Source of the DNA: a virus
Taxonomy: Duplodnaviria > Caudoviricetes
Direction: 5' to 3' (one strand)
DNA: 64,000 nucleotides
IMG/VR virus record: IMGVR_UViG_3300025251_000012
Span: 1-64,000 of that record
The notes below the pieces were generated by a model that had not been told where the DNA came from, did no database searches, and saw nothing but the letters and a program-made list of their open reading frames with translations. A program made the position numbers and the translations under genes. Positions 16,218 through 26,041 of this stretch are shown one piece after another (position 1 is the stretch's first letter; each line of letters begins with the position of its first letter).

Positions 16218-17081
16218 ATGGCCAAGTTTATTGCTCTTAAACCAGCTAAACTAGGCCCTAGGACTGATTTCCCAACTAGAGACCTTCGACAGAATGTCTT
16301 TAAGTACGGTATGCGCGTACTTTGGGAGATGGTTACAGTCTGCCCTTGTGAAAGAAAAAGTATAGACGCTTTATCAATAGATTTTGGTACCCGCGAAAAG
16401 CCGATTGGATGTCCGCTAAAAGAATTTGATTCCGCTATTTGTGGTGGGAATGGTTACATATACCATAGTGGGCAAGAGATTCAGGCGCTTGTGCACGATG
16501 GGTCTAGAGACCCAGATCGTTGGAAAGTTTGGGGTGAGCACGCTGCGGGTAACGTGTCTATTACGACGCTTCCAGAGCACTTACCGTCGTTTCTAGACCG
16601 AATTACCCTCCTAGATACGGTTATGGTTTATCGTGAGCGTAAAAAGCGGACAGCAAATTCTGTCGAGGGCCTAAGATATCCAGTTGTAACGAGGTCTATG
16701 GTTCTGGGCACCGAAGAAGATCCTACTAAGTCAGTGGCTTCAGAGTTTGGAGTTTTATACGCTATAAAAGCGTCTGAGGATGGTAAGATTGTGCTGGGGG
16801 CGGATAACAAACCCTTAGAACTAAAGCAGGACGAGGATTTTATAGTCACCGCAGAAGGCAAAATAGATTGGAGCCAAGGTTTATCCAGCGGGCGCGCACC
16901 GAACCCAGGCGAATATTATTCTATGCAGTACTTTATACACCCAGTGTATGTAATTCGTTCAATGCCTTACCAGTTTCGTGATTCTGTACACAAAGTTAAA
17001 CAGGTTCAACAAGAGCTAACTAATCTACCGACAAAGGTTATGGCTTGGTTAGAATTTTTGGGGTCACCCGGTGGCGACTAA
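16218..17081 (+). CDS. Head-closure / neck protein
   Basis: W....CPC......C......C.G.GYIY motif; position in the neck module. Confidence 0.7.
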   Translation: MAKFIALKPAKLGPRTDFPTRDLRQNVFKYGMRVLWEMVTVCPCERKSIDALSIDFGTREKPIGCPLKEFDSAICGGNGYIYHSGQEIQALVHDGSRDPDRWKVWGEHAAGNVSITTLPEHLPSFLDRITLLDTVMVYRERKKRTANSVEGLRYPVVTRSMVLGTEEDPTKSVASEFGVLYAIKASEDGKIVLGADNKPLELKQDEDFIVTAEGKIDWSQGLSSGRAPNPGEYYSMQYFIHPVYVIRSMPYQFRDSVHKVKQVQQELTNLPTKVMAWLEFLGSPGGD

Positions 17082-17946
17082 ACGTCTAGACTTATACAAC
17101 GTTGTTCGGATTAAAAAATCCCACATGCGGCGGCGTATGACCGCCATGGCCCGCATCCTTGAAAATGAGTGGAAGCGTTTAGCGGCTAATGGCTTAAACA
17201 CTACCTCTGTTACTTACAGAAACAACATTGTTGTAGAGGATGTTGACGAAGATAAACTTGTGCTGGTTCTAAGAGGTACTGTACCTAATATGGTAGAGCA
17301 GGGTTTAGGTCCGAGCGGCGTGGGCTCCTTCGGCGCGTTTGATATAAGAACCTTCGTGTTAAGCGGCACAAGCCCGAACATACGTTCTTCGGGAGGGGGT
17401 TCTTATGTGAACGTACCCTTTAGATTTTCAACAGGTCAAATCAAAGACTTGTCTTATTCTATCCGAGGTATTAATGCTCCAGCAGCCGCGAAAACGCTGG
17501 CATCTTTAGCATCTGTAAAATCTAAGTCTGGTGAGTACACCGTATTTAATCCGGCCACGGGGATCGCCGGTTGGCCTCAAGGAACCCTTCAAGTTGGAGA
17601 TCCCCTAACGGGTAAAAAGCGCGCTGCTATGGATGCAGCAAGGGGCGGCCCCCCGGGTAGGTTAGGCGCGGGCTTTGCACCTAAAATGCGTTCAAAGCCA
17701 AACTTTTTAATGGATCCAATGTCTGGAAATGTGCGGGTTCAAGAACCGCATAGGAACGACCCTTTAGCGGGTCTTGTAAAATTTGGCAAAACATATGCCT
17801 CTACGACACAGAGCACCTATGGAACTTTTAGGCGTATGTCTAGTAAAGGAAAGCCCTGGATACACCCGGGAATTAAGCCTCGTAAATTTGCTGAAAAACT
17901 TGACCTGGGCAAAGCCATGTCACTGGCTTTTATGGACCTTGTATAA
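17071..17946 (+). CDS. Tail completion / neck protein (HK97 gp10-like position)
   Basis: NMVEQG, Y.NVPFR, Y.TFRRMS....WIHPG..P..F motif; position. Confidence 0.65.
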   Translation: MATKRLDLYNVVRIKKSHMRRRMTAMARILENEWKRLAANGLNTTSVTYRNNIVVEDVDEDKLVLVLRGTVPNMVEQGLGPSGVGSFGAFDIRTFVLSGTSPNIRSSGGGSYVNVPFRFSTGQIKDLSYSIRGINAPAAAKTLASLASVKSKSGEYTVFNPATGIAGWPQGTLQVGDPLTGKKRAAMDAARGGPPGRLGAGFAPKMRSKPNFLMDPMSGNVRVQEPHRNDPLAGLVKFGKTYASTTQSTYGTFRRMSSKGKPWIHPGIKPRKFAEKLDLGKAMSLAFMDLV

Positions 17947-18674
17947 TGGCTGGCGTATTCGATTTGCACATAATGTCGGCTATGCGCCACGGGTGGCGCA
18001 ATCTTGTAGCACCTACCGATGTTCTAACCGGCCATCGCGTGCCATCGTCTAAAAAGTTTAAAGCCTTATTTGAGGGTATATCCGATGATGTTTTGGAAGA
18101 ATGGTTCAAGGGGTTAGCCCCCGATGGCGACTTTACAAAGGTGGAGTTTAGACCGGCATATGTTCCAGAACAGACAAAGTTTCCGTGTGTTGTAGTTCAA
18201 TATGAAGATGAGCCCGAAGATGAAGCCCCAATGGGCTACTTAGGGGGGCACTTTAATTATGATGAAGCGGTTTATGATCCCATTACGGAGACTACAACAA
18301 ACACCACTTTTATTGGTGAACGCACGACAGCTTTATTGCTTAAGCAAACAGCTAGAGTGCACATCCTCACTACGCACCCGGAATTAACACGTGCATTGCA
18401 TATTAGTTTAATTGCTTGCGCGATGGGCAGTAGAAAATCTTTTTATGACTTGGGGTACAGAGACCTTGAATATTTAGGGGCGGCGGATTTAAGTATAGAA
18501 GAGGGCCTTATGCCGGAAGACTTGGGCGTGTACGTCCGGGTTCAACGATATATGGCTAGGTCACATTTTGAAATTGCTGATATCAGCGAATTTACTAGTG
18601 GTGACGTGCTTATACATGCTTCCGACATCTTTTATGACGGTATTCAGGGTGGTATGGACCCAACGAAAACATGA
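17946..18674 (+). CDS. Tail terminator-like protein
   Basis: Acidic 242 aa ORF directly before the sheath; FPCVVVQYEDE. Confidence 0.6.
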   Translation: MAGVFDLHIMSAMRHGWRNLVAPTDVLTGHRVPSSKKFKALFEGISDDVLEEWFKGLAPDGDFTKVEFRPAYVPEQTKFPCVVVQYEDEPEDEAPMGYLGGHFNYDEAVYDPITETTTNTTFIGERTTALLLKQTARVHILTTHPELTRALHISLIACAMGSRKSFYDLGYRDLEYLGAADLSIEEGLMPEDLGVYVRVQRYMARSHFEIADISEFTSGDVLIHASDIFYDGIQGGMDPTKT

Positions 18675-18738
18675 AAATTATAGCAGAATTAAAAATTAGA
18701 ACTTTTGCCCTAAGTCATTACAGGTTAGTACCAAGTAG

Positions 18739-18747
18739 TGCTATAGT
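18739..18747 (+). promoter_or_regulatory. Extended -10 promoter candidate for the tail operon
   Basis: TG-C-TATAGT in the AT-rich gap before the sheath gene. Confidence 0.4.
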
Positions 18748-18778
18748 TTGGGGCGTTAAGCTAATGGAGAACTGAGCC

Positions 18779-20830
18779 ATGCCACAGTCGATTACATTTA
18801 ATGGGATTCAAACGCTAAAGCCGGGTGTTTATGCAGAGATAGATACTTCTGCATTGTCCGGTTCTGTTACCGATATTAATCGCGTAGCCGTTGTAGGTGA
18901 TTTTCCCTTTTTGGCCTCAAACACGCCAACAACAGTGACATCTGCCGCGTCGTTGGTGGGTCTTGAGTTTTCTGACTATACGTTAAAACTTTTGACCAAG
19001 TTGCTTTACAACGGATCCGGTGACGCCGCAGTAGCGGGCGGCCCAAGTGCCGTTACGCTTGTTAACGCTAACCAGACCGTGGTTGCCGCTAGTAAGACTT
19101 TGACAGACGCTAGTGACAAGGATTCGTTAGTACTAACGTCTTCGTGGACTGGTAAAATTGGTAACAAAACCGTCGTCAATTATCTTGTGAACCCTGACAC
19201 AGCGACTTTGACAGACTTTGTTATCTCTAGGGATGGGGTGTCAGATACATTTTCCGCTGGTGGTAGTCGTGCAGACATGACCATTGCTCATTCTACCGCT
19301 GGTATGGACGCCGATGTGACTCTTGTAAGTCAGACCCTCACATACGGCCCAACGACTGGTATCAAGGTCGCGCAGTCCTTCTCAGTTAACAAAGCTGACA
19401 CATTTACGACAGAAGGCTTGGCGTTTGACGGCACTATTACAGCAACTGCCAACATGCAGCCAGGTGCTGACGGCTCAAACGCTATCGGCATTACTATTAA
19501 CGGAACTACTTCTGCGGGCGTGGTTCTTAGCGAAATACTTACTCCGGTAATCGACGCGGACACTACCACGACAACAAGTTCAAACTCGTGGAAAGCTGTC
19601 ACTAGCATTATTGTTGAAGACCCCACTGCGACAATCCCCGCAGACTCTGTTGTCATCACCTTCACTAATGACGCCTTCGCTATCACACCTACTGACGCCG
19701 CTAACCAGGGCGCTGCTGCTGATATCATTAACGCGGATTCCACCAATGGGTTCACGGCCACACTTTCTACCGCCAAAGCCGGTAAGTTTGCACTTAGTAC
19801 ACTTGACGAGGCTTCTCTTGGTGACATCAAAGGTTCCAGTGGAATTCTTCATAGTTTTCTACAGAGTGTGATTGACGACATTAATACGAACTCCGCTCTT
19901 GTGATTGCAACCCGCGCCACAATCAGCGAAAGTTCTGATACTGGCGTCCTCCGTCCCAAGGACAGTGCAGAAGTCACTACAATGCTTGTAGGCGGTTCTC
20001 AAGCAGCTTCGGTTAACTCCGCAGCTTATAAAACGGCTATCGACACCCTAGACAAGAGCCGAAATATTCAAATTATTGTGACTTTGGATGACGGCGACAT
20101 TGAGGTTGCAAAGCACGTTAGAAATCATTGCGTGCACATGGCAGGAAAGGGTGAGTCGGAAGTCTGCGGTTTTTGGGGAGCGGCGTCTAATTCTAGTTTA
20201 GCAACGCTTCAAGCCAATGCTAATGCCCTAAACACCCGCCACGTAGCCCAGGCAGGCCAAGACCTTACTTTGGTAGACCATCTAGGAAATACCGTTGCGG
20301 CAACCCCACAATGGGGGGCTGTAATCCTTACAGGGATCATGGCCGGTACCGCAATAGCAACGCCGCTTACTAGAAAACGTTTAGACATTTTGAAGACTCA
20401 CGAGAATGGGTGGAGCGCCGCAAACGATCTTGAGGCAGCCATTGATTCTGGGTTTGTCCTAATTTCAAAAGATAGAATCGGCTTTTTTGTTGAGCGCAGT
20501 GTGACTACGTGGGTAGAGGACGACAACCCGATTTTTAGTGAAGTTAGTGCCAATGAATCTGTTAATACTTGTATTAGAGATTTGCGTAATTATGTGGACA
20601 GCCGAATTGGGGACGCGAATGACGCTGGCTTGGCAGAGATTGTTAAGCAGATTTGCATGACACGGCTAAAGCAACAGGTTTTGGACAGTATTATTAAAGC
20701 GTTCAACAAGGACACCCTTACTGTGGTGGATCTTGGCGATAGGTTGCGTGTTGACGTGCGTATTGCCGCTGTTGAGCCTTTGAACTTTATTCTTATTCAC
20801 GCTGAAGTTGTTCGCAATGTTAACAGCTAG
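18779..20830 (+). CDS. Tail sheath protein
   Basis: PGVYAEIDTS N-terminus, TPLTRK, V....VTT....NPIF.E.S..E..., D.L.V.V....VEPLNFILI C-terminus. Confidence 0.93.
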   Translation: MPQSITFNGIQTLKPGVYAEIDTSALSGSVTDINRVAVVGDFPFLASNTPTTVTSAASLVGLEFSDYTLKLLTKLLYNGSGDAAVAGGPSAVTLVNANQTVVAASKTLTDASDKDSLVLTSSWTGKIGNKTVVNYLVNPDTATLTDFVISRDGVSDTFSAGGSRADMTIAHSTAGMDADVTLVSQTLTYGPTTGIKVAQSFSVNKADTFTTEGLAFDGTITATANMQPGADGSNAIGITINGTTSAGVVLSEILTPVIDADTTTTTSSNSWKAVTSIIVEDPTATIPADSVVITFTNDAFAITPTDAANQGAAADIINADSTNGFTATLSTAKAGKFALSTLDEASLGDIKGSSGILHSFLQSVIDDINTNSALVIATRATISESSDTGVLRPKDSAEVTTMLVGGSQAASVNSAAYKTAIDTLDKSRNIQIIVTLDDGDIEVAKHVRNHCVHMAGKGESEVCGFWGAASNSSLATLQANANALNTRHVAQAGQDLTLVDHLGNTVAATPQWGAVILTGIMAGTAIATPLTRKRLDILKTHENGWSAANDLEAAIDSGFVLISKDRIGFFVERSVTTWVEDDNPIFSEVSANESVNTCIRDLRNYVDSRIGDANDAGLAEIVKQICMTRLKQQVLDSIIKAFNKDTLTVVDLGDRLRVDVRIAAVEPLNFILIHAEVVRNVNS

Positions 20831-20840
20831 GAGGCTTTAA

Positions 20841-21269
20841 ATGGCAACGGGTAAAGCAATTTCAGGCGCGGCAGCGCTACTTTACTTAGGTGACTCTGGT
20901 AAGCCTATTGGCTGGGCTACGGGTGTTACCGCACAAGAAACAATTGAATACATCCCCATTGACCCCGTAGGCATGATTGATGTTGCTGGTCATGAGCCCG
21001 TTAGACGTACTGTCAGTATGTCTGCATCTTTTGTTCGTATTAAGAATGAATCTCTTGCTACGCAGCAAGTTTGGTCTAAAGGCGACACATTAGAAGTTAT
21101 TGAATTTGAGGCCATGAACGCAATTCTGATCGATCAGACTACAGGATCGGCGGTCTTTAAACTCGAAGGCGTGTATCCCCAGACACGATCTTGGCAAGTT
21201 CAAAAAGGAAGTATTGTCACCGTTAATGCTACGTTCTATGCTAGGACTATGACTGATGAACAAGGCTAG
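20841..21269 (+). CDS. Tail tube protein
   Basis: 142 aa after sheath, GGAGG RBS; IG.ATG...QE......PI..VG pattern. Confidence 0.85.
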   Translation: MATGKAISGAAALLYLGDSGKPIGWATGVTAQETIEYIPIDPVGMIDVAGHEPVRRTVSMSASFVRIKNESLATQQVWSKGDTLEVIEFEAMNAILIDQTTGSAVFKLEGVYPQTRSWQVQKGSIVTVNATFYARTMTDEQG

Positions 21270-21284
21270 TAATAGGAGCAAAGC

Positions 21285-21839
21285 ATGGGGAACAAACTTC
21301 CAAGTGATAACCTTGGGTCGATTGATTTACGGCAGTTAAAAGACACCGTAGATGAGGTCGCCACGCCAGAAGTACCTGAAGAAGACACACCCGTAATTCT
21401 TGTGCCACGACGGCTGGAGATAGAAATTATCTATGTAACTCCAGAAGGGAATCGTTTGCACGGAATCGGGTACAGTCAGATAAAAACAGGGAAGGACCGG
21501 CTAGATGTGGCTAAATTGGCTACACAGCTTGGGGGTGGTACTCCTTGGAGTGTAATGCCAGCATTAGCCCAAGGACGCATTTGGGGATTATCGACACTTA
21601 CGATCCAACTACAGGATGGGCCGGAGTGGGTTTATAAATGGGTACAAGAAGACGACGACTTATTAGCAGCTATCGTGGGTGAGTTGGAGGCCCACGAAGA
21701 CCGTTACTTTCGCAGATACCCTAGCGAGGGTAGCAGCGATGCGCAGAAGCCGAAATTGGTGGTACGTCCAGCTAACCCTTCCACCTATCCAACCGAGTCC
21801 GATTTATCCGACCCAACCAGACTTGTGCCCAGCGGATAG
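21285..21839 (+). CDS. Tail assembly chaperone
   Basis: Position between tube and tape measure; acidic; AGGAG RBS. Confidence 0.65.
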   Translation: MGNKLPSDNLGSIDLRQLKDTVDEVATPEVPEEDTPVILVPRRLEIEIIYVTPEGNRLHGIGYSQIKTGKDRLDVAKLATQLGGGTPWSVMPALAQGRIWGLSTLTIQLQDGPEWVYKWVQEDDDLLAAIVGELEAHEDRYFRRYPSEGSSDAQKPKLVVRPANPSTYPTESDLSDPTRLVPSG

Positions 21840-22020
21840 GTATGAAGCGGGTTTGATGCGGTTAGGGGATGAACAATTTTCCGACGCTATTAGTGGCGTA
21901 CTGCCGCAGCTAGAGGGGCCAGCCGTCAAAAGCGGTGTTGTAGAAATTGACGCTCTAGAAGAAGAATTCTGGTCAGAAGTAGAAGGACTAACGGACTCTG
22001 TTAGTATAGACTTTGACTGA
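21739..22020 (+). CDS. Second tail assembly chaperone segment (own start or frameshift product)
   Basis: +1 frame ORF overlapping the previous gene by about 100 nt; WWY.QL.LPP motif and acidic tail; GAGGGT precedes ATG 21739. Confidence 0.55.
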   Translation: MRRSRNWWYVQLTLPPIQPSPIYPTQPDLCPADRYEAGLMRLGDEQFSDAISGVLPQLEGPAVKSGVVEIDALEEEFWSEVEGLTDSVSIDFD

Positions 22021-22035
22021 TAGGAGAATGTGCTT

Positions 22036-24015
22036 ATGGCCAGCAATCGCCACACAACTACAGTTGAAGTAAATGCGGACATTTCTCAAGCCGAATCTGG
22101 TCTGCAAAGACTCTCTGCTCTCCTTGATCAAATAAATCAGAAAGCCGGAAATCTGTCCCTAGGCATAGGCGGCGGCGGTGGCGGTGGTGTAGGCGGCGGT
22201 ACGTCTGGTACAGCGTTGCCCCAGGCCCCCGCTACCGCAACAGGCTCTGGCGGCGGTACGGGGCCTGCGCCTCAGACCGGCGGCGGGGGCCAGTCCCTTA
22301 GTAATAGGGGCGCGCGCGGGCAAGCTGGTCAGGACACCGGAATGCTGGGCAGTGCCTTTGGGTGGGCCACAATGGGCGGCGGCGGAGGTGGCATAGGTGC
22401 GCTGTCTGGTGCGCTCGGTTTGGGCGGCGGGATGAGCTATCTTGCAGCAAGCCAGCGGAGGATTCTTTCTGCACAAAGAGGCGGCACATTCTGGGGAGCA
22501 AGAGAGGCCCAATTAGAGGGGCAAAAAAATAGGGACATTGTTTACGGCGCGGCCGCAGGCGCTGGCGTTGCGGGCACCCTTGGTCTGATGGGGGGCTTGT
22601 CTGCGGCAGGCCCTCCGGGGTGGGTTGCTGCCGGTATTGTTGGGCTTGGTGCGCTCGGCGGGTGGGCGCTAGGTGAATCAGAGCGCGCTGAATTTGAAGC
22701 GGATAAACCAGGCATGTCCTCGCTCATGGAGGGAGGCCCACAAGTAGCAGAAAGGACAAACAGGCTGCGCCGCCTAGAGCAGATGGGTGGCCGTAGAGCA
22801 GGGTCCAAGATGTTTCGTGGTGGCCGCAGTACATCGTATGGCCCCGGCGGTTATATGACTGGCAGGAGTGCGGGCCATGGCGAATATTGGCTTAGGGGCC
22901 GTAAAAGGTCCGGCGGCGGCGGCCTGGGCATGTGGGAACACTTTGGGCAGGAACTTGGTCTATCTGCTGAGCAGGCTATAGGGGGGTTTGAAAACTACCT
23001 AGGCGGCTTTGATGTGACGCCGGATTATGGCGGGGCAGCGGGGATACCGCATGGTGCGGATCCCATGATGGACGTAAATAGATTGTCAGTACTGACGGGA
23101 GTAGATCCTGGAGCACTCGGTAAATATACAAGCATGGCCCAAGAAGTTGGTCGTTCGGGTCGTGGGGGGTTTCCCGCGTCCCCAATGGGCGCACTGCTTG
23201 GCGGTCAGCATGAAGCCGCCATTGGAACTATGCAGGGACTTGGACTAACCCCACAAGGGGTTAGTAAATATTTAGAACGGATTGCTAATGCCACCGGAGC
23301 AATGGCAAATAAGGGCGTAAAAGTCGATTCTCAGGACATGCTTCAGATGTACCGTGAGATTGGAGGGCAGCTAATAGGTAGTGCAGACCCCGGTGTCAAA
23401 AGCCGCTGGGGGCCGCAAAGAGCAATGCAAGCCACCGGTATTACCCAAGGATGGGGTCAAGGCCCCATGCAAAAGCTAATGCAACCGTTTGGCCAAATAG
23501 CCGATTGGAAGGCTTTTTCTGCTGCCCAGACAAAGGCCGGTCCAGGAGCCACACTTTCCGGCATAATAAAGGCCGGTCAAGCTATGCAGGGGCGGCCCAC
23601 CGAAATGTTGGGCGCGATGCAGGGCCTGATGGGTAAGGAAGAGTTTGCATTAGCGTATGGTGCCAAAGGTTTAAACGTTGAGCTTGGCGAAGATTTGTAC
23701 GGGCTGGCCCCCGGGAGGGGTACGGCTATGCCAGGGTTTAGTGGGCTTAAAACGACTCCGGTGACGGAGTATCAAAAAGCAATGGCTAAGGCCGCAAATA
23801 AAGCGGCGGACCAGCTAGACAGAATTCACACCATACTAATGAATGTCGGACGATTGTGGCAGAAACAAATACGAAGGATGATGGAATCTGGTGTTAGTGG
23901 TGCCGAGGAAGTATTTGGGGATGAGCCTGGTGTCCATCAGAGAGATCTGCACTATAACCGTAACAACGTAGAATCCACCGGAACATGGAACTGGAATCAA
24001 AAGAGTGAATACTAA
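22036..24015 (+). CDS. Tape measure protein (Gly-rich)
   Basis: Follows the chaperones; N-terminal VEVNADISQAESGL, hydrophobic Gly/Ala segment, helical Met/Gly-rich repeats. Confidence 0.75.
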   Translation: MASNRHTTTVEVNADISQAESGLQRLSALLDQINQKAGNLSLGIGGGGGGGVGGGTSGTALPQAPATATGSGGGTGPAPQTGGGGQSLSNRGARGQAGQDTGMLGSAFGWATMGGGGGGIGALSGALGLGGGMSYLAASQRRILSAQRGGTFWGAREAQLEGQKNRDIVYGAAAGAGVAGTLGLMGGLSAAGPPGWVAAGIVGLGALGGWALGESERAEFEADKPGMSSLMEGGPQVAERTNRLRRLEQMGGRRAGSKMFRGGRSTSYGPGGYMTGRSAGHGEYWLRGRKRSGGGGLGMWEHFGQELGLSAEQAIGGFENYLGGFDVTPDYGGAAGIPHGADPMMDVNRLSVLTGVDPGALGKYTSMAQEVGRSGRGGFPASPMGALLGGQHEAAIGTMQGLGLTPQGVSKYLERIANATGAMANKGVKVDSQDMLQMYREIGGQLIGSADPGVKSRWGPQRAMQATGITQGWGQGPMQKLMQPFGQIADWKAFSAAQTKAGPGATLSGIIKAGQAMQGRPTEMLGAMQGLMGKEEFALAYGAKGLNVELGEDLYGLAPGRGTAMPGFSGLKTTPVTEYQKAMAKAANKAADQLDRIHTILMNVGRLWQKQIRRMMESGVSGAEEVFGDEPGVHQRDLHYNRNNVESTGTWNWNQKSEY

Positions 24016-24044
24016 TAGCTATTAAAGGGTAGTGGCGGAACATA

Positions 24045-26030
24045 ATGGGCGTTTCAGCGTACAGAAAAAGACGAAAGTTTAACCAAAACGAAGTAGAGCG
24101 TTATGGCGTCCGCGTACTTTTGTACTATTTCAGAGATATGTCCGTAAAGCTTGAGCGCGCGTTAGCGCTGGATATTGCGGGGGGTGCTGGCGAAAGAAAC
24201 ACAGATAAGCTTATCTCAAAAGGTTTGTTGTGGGACATTATTGATGTCACAAAGTTCGTTACATCTGTGCAGTGGTCAGAATCAATACACCAACCTTACG
24301 GCACTATCACCTGTAATCTGGCCGAAGAGTTGTACAACTTATTGGACGTATTAAACGACAAGCTTGGGCCAGCCTGGATTTCTGTACAGGCGAAGGAGAC
24401 TAGTTCAACCGGCAACAAGGGCAAGCGGCTGAAAAAGCTAAAAAAGCAAGGGTACGTAGTCCTTCAAGCAGGATATGTAGTTAAATTTTACGCCCGGAAG
24501 GATGTGCGCGCTGACGGGTCTATAACTGAGACTCAAACTGTAGAAGCTGTGTCGTATCTTGATTTTTGTGCTCAATTTAGTCTTAACATTTGTACAATCA
24601 CAAGCGACGATGAAGGTCAGCGCCGTAAATTAAGGCGGCTACTAAACGGAACTTTTTTTAGTGTCGAGGACTGGACCGAGAAGGCTAGTTCGATAATAAA
24701 GGAGTTGCCCGGTAATGATGTTGGTGTGGCCTTTAAGCTGGCATGGTCGCACTTTGCGCGTGTTCATGTGCCAATCGGGGCGTTTATTGGGGGCTGGCAT
24801 CACGGCTCAATAATGCTTAAAGATTTGGTTACCGTGCTAACAAGCGGTGCTAAGACATCCTCTAATAACCATGTTGCTGGCGAACGCACGTGGGATAGGC
24901 ACGGCAAGTGGGAAGCCCCATTAATACCAGGATTTTCTATAAGCGCATTATCAAATGCCATGAGTTTTGGCGGGTCATTCCTGGGATTTTTGCAGTCATC
25001 ATTCGTGGCAGATCCGGGTATGGTAGAACTGTTCCCCGTATTAGCGAATAACAAAGTTTATCTTATCTTCAGACTAGCACCCTTCCGCGTTTTGAAATCT
25101 AGTGTTTGGGCAGACTTTGTATACAACCAAGATAACAAAGATTTTGTGGCAACCCTGCCGATGCGCACCATGGCCAAGGAAGGTGCCGTAGATCCTATGA
25201 CTAAGATGTCGGTAATGAAAGATGCCAAAATTACAGGCGGTGCGGGGCCACAGATGGTGGAGTCTGAAAAGCTTGTGAAATTTAACTCTGAAGATGCGGA
25301 TAAATTTTTTGGTAAGCCCACGTGGAAGAGATCGCACGCAGATCATTTACATCTTGATGATTGCAGGACTGTGCAAATGGTTTATCAAGATGCCCAAAGG
25401 GTATCTACTGCGATAACGGCAACGTGGCCTACAATGCCTGACTCGTTAGCCTTTATATGTGGCCAGACAGGGCTTCCAGTGGTTGATGATGCGGGCTTAT
25501 TAACGCAAGGTTGCCGCGTATACAGACCGTCATGGCCCTTCATACCGAATGTCGATGCGGCAACAGCTACCCCAGCGGATTGGAGGGCTCAATTGGCGGA
25601 GTTCTCTGTTTTTATTAGGGCTATAGCGCTTGAAGCTGCGCAGTATCGCATGAACTTACACTTTATGTGGAAGCTTAACATTGGAGCTATATATAGCCCA
25701 CAGCTTAGAGTAGGTAGGCCATTCGCGTTTCATAAAGAACCGGGGTCAGCCCTTCTACTGGAAAATACAGGCGTAAACCCGCAGCGTGATGCGACTACAC
25801 ACAGGACTAAGAAGCTAAAGACTTTGGTCGAGTATGGATATACTGAAACAGTATCTCACACAATATCAATGCAGGGGGATTCATTCATAGGAACTTCGCA
25901 AATTGATGTAGACAGGTTCCTTAGTAAAAAATATGAGCATATTAGGTATTCGCCCATTAGCGTAGATATGACATTCCGGCTTAGATTTGGGCACATATTA
26001 CCATCTCCACCAAGAAAAACTGGGAAATAG
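24045..26030 (+). CDS. Baseplate hub-like protein
   Basis: Position after TMP; DVTKFVTSVQWSESIHQPYGTITCNL hub-like beta motif. Confidence 0.5.
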   Translation: MGVSAYRKRRKFNQNEVERYGVRVLLYYFRDMSVKLERALALDIAGGAGERNTDKLISKGLLWDIIDVTKFVTSVQWSESIHQPYGTITCNLAEELYNLLDVLNDKLGPAWISVQAKETSSTGNKGKRLKKLKKQGYVVLQAGYVVKFYARKDVRADGSITETQTVEAVSYLDFCAQFSLNICTITSDDEGQRRKLRRLLNGTFFSVEDWTEKASSIIKELPGNDVGVAFKLAWSHFARVHVPIGAFIGGWHHGSIMLKDLVTVLTSGAKTSSNNHVAGERTWDRHGKWEAPLIPGFSISALSNAMSFGGSFLGFLQSSFVADPGMVELFPVLANNKVYLIFRLAPFRVLKSSVWADFVYNQDNKDFVATLPMRTMAKEGAVDPMTKMSVMKDAKITGGAGPQMVESEKLVKFNSEDADKFFGKPTWKRSHADHLHLDDCRTVQMVYQDAQRVSTAITATWPTMPDSLAFICGQTGLPVVDDAGLLTQGCRVYRPSWPFIPNVDAATATPADWRAQLAEFSVFIRAIALEAAQYRMNLHFMWKLNIGAIYSPQLRVGRPFAFHKEPGSALLLENTGVNPQRDATTHRTKKLKTLVEYGYTETVSHTISMQGDSFIGTSQIDVDRFLSKKYEHIRYSPISVDMTFRLRFGHILPSPPRKTGK

Positions 26031-26041
26031 GAGTATAAACT

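Noticed and set aside
22159-22700. Gly-rich TMP segment as a collagen-like domain
   Set aside because: Poly-Gly and GGxxG runs, not Gly-X-Y triplet periodicity
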